Part shown: positions 26,978-36,441 of the stretch, piece after piece
Layout of the letters: the number at the start of each line of letters is the position of its first letter
Numbering within the stretch: the first letter of the stretch is position 1
NCBI GenBank assembly: GCA_900088475.1
Contig: FLMG01003874.1
Location: 37,967 to 101,966, forward strand
DNA from: Hyphochytrium catenoides
Taxonomy: Eukaryota > Protista > Hyphochytriomycota
DNA length: 64,000 nucleotides
Direction of reading: 5' to 3'
Translations under genes and position numbers: made by a program
The notes under the pieces: model-generated
The model's input: only the letters and a program-made list of their open reading frames with translations
Databases searched by the model: none
Told to the model about the DNA's origin: nothing

Positions 26978-27708
26978 AAAGAAGTTAGTTCATCATCCAA
27001 TCGCTGAATGTGCTTCAAGCCCCACTCCGCTCATCCGGACCCACAACAATATCTAGGTCTTCCTCGTCAGACGCAACTGTCACGCATTGGCTGCATATAG
27101 ATAGCATGGCGTCTGTTATCAGTATGGCCCCATCGCTATCTCGTTCCTAGACACAAGGAAGTCGTCCCCTCCTGCATAACAAAGTCGCTTGATAGAAGAT
27201 GCCTCACTTCGTCACATGGGGTACTATTTTCACGCTGAGACGAGTCAGACCACAACAGCAAGAATAGCAACAAGAGCGTCCTCTTCTCGACCGACCCACT
27301 GTTATAACAGCTGAAGCACCAAGCGTGGAAGCTAACAACGGCCGACACAGCGCAGGTTCTCCAAGAAGGTCGTTTGAAAGACATTAGATTATAGGTAAGG
27401 GAGTCCTAGCCAGCATCATACCCTAGTAATAGGCTTAAAGACAGGAAAACGGAGAAGAGCGATAAGTGGAGAGAAGAGAGATCAGATACGGGGCGCTGCT
27501 GGCGCACCACAGAGAGCCTAGCTTAGGGCAGAGATAATCCAACCCCAGCACCACTGCCTCGCTTTAAGCAGGAATAGTGGCAGACAACACGGGACAGGGC
27601 TCCCCAAGGGGGCGGTGTCAATGTAACCTCACTGGAGGCCTCACCACCCATACAGCCATCAATAAAAAAAGAACAAAAACTAGTTTCACACTACTGAGAC
27701 ATCGGACA

Positions 27709-28128
27709 CTAGAAGCGGAGGACCAGTATAGCTGTAGTTTGCTTGGACGTAGAGGTAGTTACGTGGAGTCCATTGCCACCTGTATAAAGTAAGACACACT
27801 TGGTCCAGCAGGTTTGGAAAGATAGTCTACAGCTCTTGCTCACTGGTCGTGCTGAAGTCCTTGGCGGCCTTCTTCTTGCTGATGGAGCCCATGTCCGTGT
27901 CCTGTATCGTCCGAAGAGGCAGACGCATTGATTGACATTTAGCGACCCACGCAGCCTGTAGAGGTTCAAGAATGGACCAAGCTCATCAAACAGAGTACGT
28001 CAAACCCGATGAGACCCACAGACGCAGCTCCTACCGTTTACACACACACAAACTGCCTCTATATAAATGTATCACAAAAGTCTCACAACACTACTGACAA
28101 GGGGAGTGATATAAACCCACTCACTCAT
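27709..28128 (-). CDS. Candidate micro-exon gene encoding a ~53-aa microprotein (not in the ORF track as spliced)
   Basis: Four consecutive GT-AG introns of genome-typical size (66, 79, 49, 64 nt) separate exons of 4, 24, 5, 58 and 71 nt that join into one open frame. No homology recognised. Confidence 0.35.
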
Positions 28129-28725
28129 TGGGGACGACGACCGACAAAGTACAAGACAACGCGAAAGTGAGAAGCATTTCTAGAGATCTTGCTTGTGCGC
28201 TGTCAACTATGAACAATTGTCATACATTATTGTTACACGTTTTCCTCCTTGAACTACAGACATGACTGACATAGAACATGGGGTTTACGTTTCTCCTAGT
28301 CCGAGAGCAAGCCAGAAGTTTCTGATACTGATCTCTCCTGAAGCTTCCTGGTTCTTCTGATCAACAGCGGTCGAATATAAACTCAAGGCGTTATTCCAAA
28401 GTTTACTCACTATCATTGCTCTTCATTTGGATGTTCTCACGGTTCCATTGACAACTTCCCTCAAGCGCGGCCGCTCCAAGAGAGAAGACTGTCGACCGGG
28501 TGCCCGTAAGGAAGCTTTAGCCTCTGTCGTCTGCCAGCGATTCGTAATATTATAACACATCAGCCATCTTCTGCCCGGTATTGGCGTCATAAGAAGGACT
28601 TGCACCGCGTCCAGGTATCGATATCAAAGGCCGAAGCTCGCGACATAGTCTTAGCTAAGAATCATCTCATTACCGTTTCTGAAGGCAGCCACAGATAACA
28701 GGTCAACTGCGTTTAGTGGCGTCCA

Positions 28726-29800
28726 ATGGGCCAGAAGAGCTCTAAACCTTCTGAGGCAGCTGAGACGAGGACCAATGGGCGACGACCTCCTCCTCGAAGA
28801 CAGCAGAATCGACCTCGGGCAGCCGTATCTGATAAGGATAAAGCTATTCTGGAGCTGAAGGCTGCTAGAGACAAGGTCAAAAGGTACCAGATCCGGGTAA
28901 GCACTTCACCTCTATATGTGCCTCGGTGTGGCCTCAGCTAACGCAAGAAATAACAGCTAGAAAATGAAGTCAAAGCGCACAGAACCGAAGCAAAGATATT
29001 CCTTCACCAGAACGATAAGGTGCTACATGTTAACACTTATGCCTCATGGCCCATCCTGTGCCTGACTCGTCCTACGTAGAAAAAAGCCCTATTCCTGCTG
29101 AAAATCTCGAAATTCAAGGAAGGACAACTTGAGAAGTCGGATGCACAGCTGATGAACTTGCTTCAAATGGTGAACGTGCTTCTTAGGACTTGCTCGCAGC
29201 TGTTGTTACTCATATCAAGCGCTCTCTGAAGGTTGAGACCATAGAATATGAAGAGACGCAGCTGCAAGTGGTCAATGGTCTAGATGCGGCAAACAAGGTT
29301 CTGAAGATGATCCACGAAGTAAGCCAACACCAAGAAAGTTGAAATTAGCTCTTATGATGACAAACATGTGTCTACGGGCAGGTCATGTCCCCTGAACGAG
29401 TAGAAGAAGTGATGGAAGATATGCGGGAGCAAAGTGAGATGGTGCAGGTAAGAAGAAGATAGATCTCGTTCTGCTTTTTGAGACCAACATCTGTTTCAGG
29501 AGATCAACGAGATTTTGGGTTCAAGCCTTACACATGAGGATGAAGAAGATATTCTGGCGGAGCTAGAGGAGATGGAGCATGCGGAGCAGGCTCAAGAGCA
29601 TGCTGCGCCGGAAGCAATGCTGGATTTACCCCTTGCGCCGTCCGCCCCATTACAAGTAGCCAACACTGCTAATGGTATGAGACTCTATGAATGTTAGGAT
29701 GTGTCAGTGAGACGATGAAGTGCTGAGCTATGACCCCGTAGGACCTATACGACCCCCAAAGACTGCCGCGCAGAAAAAGAAGCTGGTCGCCGCATCATGA
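28726..29800 (+). CDS. VPS20: ESCRT-III subunit VPS20/CHMP6 (Snf7 family), multi-exon
   Basis: Myristoylation start MGQKSS. VSDKDKAILELKAARDKVKRYQ, KKALFLLK, QLMNLLQMVETIEY, MSPERVEEVMED, EEDILAELE, LDLPLAP (MIM2-like). Confidence 0.9.
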
Positions 29801-31515
29801 CGTCGTTCGGCACTTCCAGCGACAATATCTTCTTCTACATCATGGGCAACTCTTCAAGGATATGTTGAGAAGACCCCTTCCATTTTGTTTGGACTGGGAG
29901 TAAGGGGGAGGGTTTTTCCTCCGTGCCTAGAGCCCTACTCTACTTTATGACACAGCCCACCATCTGTCACTAGCTCTGAGCAATGCATTGCTATGCATGG
30001 CTGTTGCATGTACTGTCGTACTGCGAGACCTCTCGTATCGCCGTTGCTAGTGGGAAGGTATGCGATCGTGTGAAACTCTTTATCCCTGGGTCGTATGAAC
30101 AGCTGCGTTTAGATAGTGTTTGCATGAATTTAGCGCAATAACGCAAACAATAGCCTTGTGGTACGGTGAGCTACTTACTGTACAGTCTAATATGCCCTTG
30201 ACCCATTTATGCAAAGTGCCAAGGGTTCCACCTGGTATGCCTTCAAGTGAATGGACGTGTCATCAAGATGTCCTACTCTTTCTATAGGTCTCTTCTGAGA
30301 CTCCACTTTCAACTGACGCATAGAAGCGTTATCTCACTTCCTTGCTCCTAGGATGCTATTCTTGGAATAGGCCACCATGATTGGGCGAATCTGCAAATGC
30401 TACCAGTGATCGTTTGTTTCAGCCACATAAACACCAGGCTCTCTGAAGCTTGATAGAGATTGGGCTTCAGTGGGTGATGGGTATGAAGAGTGCGTTACTA
30501 GGATTTAGAGAACATCCTCAAGGAGGAGGAGAGATCGTTGCATTCTTTGATCGAGAGACACTAATAAGGGCCCAGCTTTACTTACACATGTGCTTCGGGT
30601 TGCCTCTAACTGCTAATTAGTTGGCTCGCTTTCCAGAACCTCGCTTGTCTTTGCTGGCCTGGTAGGCTTGCCTTGAATCCAAAGTAGGAAACAGGGTTGA
30701 GGAACATTATAATGAGAAATGCCATCCAAGGACACAGGGACTAGTTCTACAGCTGAATAGGTGGCGATGAAATTAGTTGCATCGCGCGATCTCTTTTCGG
30801 GAAAAGGGGTTTCCTGCCTGCTCTCCTTTTTTGCCCGTCAATTTTATGAGAAAAGTACTGCATTCGCTTTCTCTACCAGTGATCCAGTGGACTTCTTGGG
30901 ATGTACAGTCCGGCCTCTGGTCTAAGGATGCCTTTGGTAGTTCTATGCCCTCTCCAGCTGGAAGATACGGAATTAGCAGGAGCTGAGAGTTGAGCTGAGG
31001 CTGTAAGTTCACCTGTGACATAGAGTGACCCTACTACTACCGTTTTAGTTGCTGTGGTTAGGAAGAATGAAATGCTTTAGTACTAAACTACCACTTTAAC
31101 AGATGTTCGGTTTCCCAAAGGTCTATGATCTGAATACAGTCACCTACCCTACAATCGGCTCCAGACGCCAGAACTCCAAAACGTCAATAGATGAGGACGA
31201 AGGATCAGCGGTGTGTCTGTTTGGCTGACGGCAGTAGAACTACCTGCCTGCCTTTTGGTGCAATACAACTTCGAGAAGAGATAGACACTTTGTTTGAGGC
31301 CTAGTAGTCAGTCATACAGTCCCTCTTCTTAGGTCAGTCACAAGCAGTAGAGCGACTCCCCCTTTGTGGCTGCTACTCCGTTCTCCTCATTGGATTTCCT
31401 AGCATTGCCAACCTAGAACCGTCCAGTGCGCTTGGGTTTTAGTCCTTCATGAGTCTGTCTGGTCTTCGGCAAGATAAACAGGAGCCCATTTGTGGTGTCT
31501 GTGTCGGTGCTACTA

Positions 31516-31569
31516 GTAGGCGGCAGCACTGGATAGTCGCAGGTAGGCGGCAGCACTGGATAGTCGCAG
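31516..31569. repeat. Perfect 27-bp tandem duplication (GTAGGCGGCAGCACTGGATAGTCGCAG x2)
   Basis: Directly visible. A second short duplication (TGCAATGGTGGCAA x2) lies at about 31667-31694. Confidence 0.95.
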
Positions 31570-32004
31570 CTTCTGTTGCTGTTGTGCTGAATTTTGAACC
31601 GAAATGATCTTTATTTAGCTGCTATTGCTACTACTCAGAAACAGCTACTCGCCTTTGACAATGCTGTGCAATGGTGGCAATGCAATGGTGGCAATGGCAG
31701 GGTGCTCGCTTGTGCTTTACCGGTTCATGGAGTACCTTTGCAGTAGCCCCATAGTTCTATAGAGAGAACTAGTGATGATGATAAGAGTAATAAGACGCCA
31801 GATACGTACGGACGGACTACTTACCGTACGGCATCACTGGCGTGAAGGCCATATTGTCTCTCTACTCCTTCCGACTCTCTATCGTGGTGCTCCACAGTTT
31901 AGTGACCCCTACGCCCTCTTTTACACCGTATAAGTACCAAGGACCAAGTGCCGCGCACAAACTTCACTCATAATAGGAAAGCTTGACGACTTGAGGATGT
32001 GTCC

Positions 32005-34170
32005 ATGCTAACTATCAGCACGGGTCTTTGCTTCTTGCTCCTACTCTGTACCGGTCATTGGGCCATCCCCACAGTAGCGAACGGACTACTCGATAATATT
32101 GATCACTTTCTAACTTCCCACCTTAGCGCCAAGGCCCACAAAATCCAAGGGCAAGAACAGAAAAACTCCTTGTACCAGGACGCCTTAGGTTTGTGCATGA
32201 TGGGGCTGACCATTGCTAGCCTGCGAGCAAGCCTCCAGATTGCACTGTTTCTTCTGGCGACACAGCAAACGTCTGGACTCACCTACGCTAGCCAGCCTCC
32301 CTCCGGCATCTTGGGGAAATATCTTAGCTGTGAACAGACTGAAGGATCAGATACTTCTCTGATTGTCACAACGGGTGTACAATTCTCTAAGGATAGCATC
32401 CCCAACGTGCCCGTGATCGCGACATTTCCTGCACCCATTGAGCTGGTTGAAGGCAAGAATGACCTGAATAGAGTAAAATACCTAAGTGCCTCTAGTGTCT
32501 ACATCTCACTGCAGCCAGGGCAACACATGGCAGGCACAATGGTGAGATTCAAGGGCGAGCATAAATACAGGTGCGAGAACCATGTGGTAGTGCCACCAAT
32601 TGATATGGAGAAGATGTTCCACCTCCATCAAGGGCCAGCATTAGCTTCCTCTGCGTCCTCCCTCCTGACGACTCCTGATACCACGGCTACCACAGCCATC
32701 CAGTCTGGCAGTGGAGATCTTGCGTCACCTGGACCTAACGTGGCTAAAGTAGAAGTAAGGTCCTCTGTCACACCTCAAGTCAACACTGTGACGACGAGGA
32801 GCCAGTCCTCAATGGATGCGAGCTCCTCTACGCCCTTAGCCAAGGGACCCTATGACGGGATCCCTTTGGTGACTCCACCAATTATTAAAGATGGCACAAG
32901 CAAAACGGTTCCTGCCGCAAGCTCGCAGCTGGTCATAAGCGCAGGTAGTGTTGCTCCTGCGAGCCCACATGCCTCCGGTGTGATCGGGTTGGAGAGATTT
33001 ATTACCTGCCATCCCGGCAAAGGAGCAAATGACCCTTTTGACATTAGCATCGGTGTCACCTTTGCAAAGAGTGAGATACCCAAGGGACCAGTTGTGGCTA
33101 AATTTCCTACCTCCATTCAGCTGGTGCCCGGGAAAAGTTCCAATAACTTCGCCCAGGCTCTTGGAACAGATTCTGTCCAATTTGTTCCGAAGCCTGACAG
33201 TGACAACGCAATCACAGTGAGGTTTGTTGGGAAGCATGACTACAAATGTCAGGACTTCATGGTGGTCCCTCCAATCAAGGCAGACAGACTGTACCAGCTA
33301 GCGGCGGCAGCGGGGTCCCCAGCGACAAAGAATGACATAACTCCGGACTCCCTCCTTATGGGAGAGTCACCATCGAGCTCAGTTGGCGGCAAATATGTAG
33401 GCATTGCGGATAGCGGTGGACCTACTGGACAAATAGGGGAGGAAATTGAAACTGATATTGGCAGCGCAGCAGTGGAGGACACTGCGGTCGGTGACGTATC
33501 CATCAAGAAGGTTTCTCAGCCTACTCCTAATCCTGAGTTTACACTCCCTGTGGCTTCTGCTGCTCCAACATCTTACACCGCCAGTGTGATAGTCGGTGAA
33601 CAAGACAAGTGTTGGGAGTCTAGAAGAGGGGCAGCCACAATCGTACGGGCGGCACTCAGCCCGATGCCACGCAAGGAGCTTGGCCTACCTGTGATGAAGC
33701 TGAGTTTCTCTACTCCTGTCATCTTTGAGTCCGTTTGGGGGGGCACAGCAATCAATCACGTTTCTTCACCAACCACTTGCCTGAGCCTCACCCTTCAGGA
33801 GTATCAGCCTAGCGTGGGAGCTGTCATCATCATTCCTGACGCCAAGTGTGACGCCTCTGGGGCGATTTCAGTGAAACTTGCGAAGCCTACCATCTCCTTC
33901 TCGCCTGGAGACAACAGCAGCCCTAGCTCGCCCCCAGCAGCAGTCGTCGCTTCTGAGACCAGACCACCCGCAAGCCCTTCACCAGTCCCAGCTCAAGCAT
34001 CGTCTCCCGCTGAGCCCCTGGGCTCTAAGGTCCAACCTCAAGGCCAACCAATAGATATCGCTACAAGCAACGTGATTGCAGCAGCTCCGATGGCTCAAAC
34101 AAGCTATAATGGCTCTGCTTGGCTAGATAACTCTAGTGGTCCTGCTAAGAAGTTCCGTAGGCTACGTTAG
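32005..34170 (+). CDS. Uncharacterised secreted protein with two ~105-aa homologous beta-rich domains, a third divergent beta-domain and S/T/P/A-rich linkers
   Basis: Intronless ORF of about 720 aa with a hydrophobic N-terminus and clear internal repeats (GV.F.K..IP..PV.A.FP..I.LV.GK ... VRF.G.H.Y.C...VVPPI). Start is either ATG 32005 or about 32197. Confidence 0.75.
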   Translation: MLTISTGLCFLLLLCTGHWAIPTVANGLLDNIDHFLTSHLSAKAHKIQGQEQKNSLYQDALGLCMMGLTIASLRASLQIALFLLATQQTSGLTYASQPPSGILGKYLSCEQTEGSDTSLIVTTGVQFSKDSIPNVPVIATFPAPIELVEGKNDLNRVKYLSASSVYISLQPGQHMAGTMVRFKGEHKYRCENHVVVPPIDMEKMFHLHQGPALASSASSLLTTPDTTATTAIQSGSGDLASPGPNVAKVEVRSSVTPQVNTVTTRSQSSMDASSSTPLAKGPYDGIPLVTPPIIKDGTSKTVPAASSQLVISAGSVAPASPHASGVIGLERFITCHPGKGANDPFDISIGVTFAKSEIPKGPVVAKFPTSIQLVPGKSSNNFAQALGTDSVQFVPKPDSDNAITVRFVGKHDYKCQDFMVVPPIKADRLYQLAAAAGSPATKNDITPDSLLMGESPSSSVGGKYVGIADSGGPTGQIGEEIETDIGSAAVEDTAVGDVSIKKVSQPTPNPEFTLPVASAAPTSYTASVIVGEQDKCWESRRGAATIVRAALSPMPRKELGLPVMKLSFSTPVIFESVWGGTAINHVSSPTTCLSLTLQEYQPSVGAVIIIPDAKCDASGAISVKLAKPTISFSPGDNSSPSSPPAAVVASETRPPASPSPVPAQASSPAEPLGSKVQPQGQPIDIATSNVIAAAPMAQTSYNGSAWLDNSSGPAKKFRRLR

Positions 34171-34369
34171 GCCATTCAGCTTATCGTTTCTTGTTTGTCA
34201 TTTAAAGTCCCATAAGTGCCATCGTCCAACTATCAGTAGCGACGCCTTTAGTCGTTTTTATATCTACTGCTGACTTTGCAGTCAACTAACTCTGAAGCAT
34301 GTCGAACGCAAACAATAACACCTGAGTACCGTTCTCTCTTCGACGAGACCCAAGTCACAGAAGGGAAAC

Positions 34370-35515
34370 TTAAGTGGTCATATCCTCTTCGCGGTGGACC
34401 TGTCTCCATTTGCGGGCGATGTAGTCGCCAAAAGTCGTTTTTGTTAAGGATCTGGCTTGTTCTAAGGTTGTTAATTTTCTTGGGGTGCTTACTTCTTGAC
34501 CGTTGCTCCTAGTCTGGCCCTGGTCTTCAAAGAGGCTGTAGTTGTTTAGCGAATTCCACACTTCGTCGGAAGTATCTGTCAGTAGCGGAATCTTGCTGTG
34601 GTAGGAGGGGTAGTAAAAGAAGACAGCAGAATATCGATGAATCTGGCTAAGGTCAACTCTATGTAACGGGGACTTGAACTTTCCACCAGTAAGCAGAGAG
34701 AGGTAATCCCCGCAGTTTACAAGCAGTGCATCCTCGACCGGAGACACTTCACGCCACACGCCTTCCACATAAGCTCGTAACCCAGTAACTGTTGCTTGTT
34801 GAGCAATGAGAGTGAGAAAGCCCCAGTCGGTGTGAGGACTGGAGCCAATCCTCTCTCCATCAAAGGGAATCGACTGGGCCTCTCCAATCGGGAAATAATG
34901 GAAGAGCCGCATGAGGGAAATCGTGTCGCCGCCATCGCAGTACTCCTCGAAGAAGCACTCCTCTTTGCCGAGGGCTAAAGCCAGACTTCTTGTGATGCCC
35001 AACGCCACAAAACAGAGTTTCTCATACAGATCAATCATGGTACGCTTCCATTCCGCAACCCTAAAGTTCTCGACACATTGTTGGTCCGGCCAGCAGTTGT
35101 CTCCTTGAAGGGAGTTAAATGATGGCGGCCGGTTCTTGCCCTCCCAATCATAGCCGTAAGAGAACGCCTCTTTGACCTCTAGTCTGGAGGAGCCACTCTC
35201 TCCTCCAACTTTGATGTAGCCACGAGTTAAGCCTTCACTAACGCTATTCAAGAGAATAGCCTCCTTCACCGCGGCTGGCAAATCAAAAAAGGCTTTGGCT
35301 TGACGGATGACGTTTCCAAGGTAACCGGGAGGGAAGAGGGAAGAAGCGGAAACATAGAGGAAGCCATAGCTTGAGGAGGCCTTGAATATTCGAGCTGCAG
35401 CAGAGCTCTTCAGTGTGAACTGCTCATCGGTGGCACTTCCTGGTGACAGGAAGGAGGATATGTCGACCGTAGGGATCTGTAGGGCATCTGGCTTTATATC
35501 TTCTACTTGACTCAT
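34370..35515 (-). CDS. 2-oxoglutarate/Fe(II)-dependent dioxygenase (IPNS/DIOX_N family), intronless
   Basis: IPTVDIS, GFLYV, AKAFFDLP, RGY..GGES, MRLFHYFP, HTDWGFLTL (HxD), LVNCGD, SPLHRV, RYS. Confidence 0.92.
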   Translation of the reverse strand: MSQVEDIKPDALQIPTVDISSFLSPGSATDEQFTLKSSAAARIFKASSSYGFLYVSASSLFPPGYLGNVIRQAKAFFDLPAAVKEAILLNSVSEGLTRGYIKVGGESGSSRLEVKEAFSYGYDWEGKNRPPSFNSLQGDNCWPDQQCVENFRVAEWKRTMIDLYEKLCFVALGITRSLALALGKEECFFEEYCDGGDTISLMRLFHYFPIGEAQSIPFDGERIGSSPHTDWGFLTLIAQQATVTGLRAYVEGVWREVSPVEDALLVNCGDYLSLLTGGKFKSPLHRVDLSQIHRYSAVFFYYPSYHSKIPLLTDTSDEVWNSLNNYSLFEDQGQTRSNGQEVSTPRKLTTLEQARSLTKTTFGDYIARKWRQVHREEDMTT

Positions 35516-35882
35516 CCAGGCAAGCTACTTGCACAAGGGCAGAGCGTTTGAGCTATCACAAGGCAATCGAAAGTAGACAGTCTTGGAACCCTTGCTGCTT
35601 GCACCGTTCGCGCGTTAGCCTTGCACCTTGCAGAACTCTCGAGGTGTTGACTGCATCGGCGTCTTGGTGCAAGTTGAACTATCAGAAGCCAGCCGCGGCT
35701 GATGGACAGATGGACAGCTCAATATCCTTCCAGTAAGCAGTGTAGTAATCAGATATGGAATCACTAATGCTGACAGTGATCTATGCGTATCAGTAATCAA
35801 ATGGCATGTCTGAGTCATTCAGAGTCTTCTTGGCTCGTTTTCTGTGGTTTGTAACTTTGTAATTTGGGCCTTCTCAACTAGT

Positions 35883-35900
35883 CCATAGTTCTACAGTACA
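35883..35900. promoter_or_regulatory. Candidate cis-element CCATAGTTCTACAGTACA in the divergent intergenic region between the 2OG oxygenase and zinc-finger genes
   Basis: 17/18 identical to 63262-63279. The TAGTTCTA core recurs at other intergenic sites. Function inferred only. Confidence 0.35.
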
Positions 35901-36441
35901 GTCCTGAGGTGGAGAGAAGCTCCCCCCCATTCCACCAGATGGAGACTATTACTAGATACAGCGAAGGGTAAGAGATGGGAGAGCGGGCTTCCTGATGCGC
36001 ATTATTACTGAAAGTAATACAGAGATGCGATCTGGGGCTCAGGCCGATCGCGGCTGGTCCTGGAATGTTAGGGCGCACAATGGGGGAACGGCCTGCAGAA
36101 ATGTTAGACAGAGTCTCTCTCTCTCACTCTTCCTTTCTTTCTGTGTTTTTCTACAGTAGAAAGAGGCTGAGGATGAGACCAGGGGACGGCGTTTGCCGCC
36201 CTGGCTGCCGCACCGCCTGAGCTTCACCCTGAGACTGCATTGAGCTTCTCACTGTATACAGATCCATCGACTTCCTGCCTCCTTGAGTGCGTCGGTTACA
36301 GAGCACTATAAGGCGGACAACTATCCTCCCGCTCTAGTGCAACCTTTATTGCAATGAAAGTACCAGTTGTTTAGGACTTCAACCGAAAACGCCATCAGAG
36401 CCCGCATTTTCCCTTGCGTCTCGCCCGCGGTCTCCGCCATA

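Noticed and set aside
27400-27700. SECIS or snoRNA downstream of the micro-exon candidate
   Set aside because: A hairpin is possible near 27549-27580, but I found no convincing SECIS core, no in-frame TGA and no paired C/D boxes
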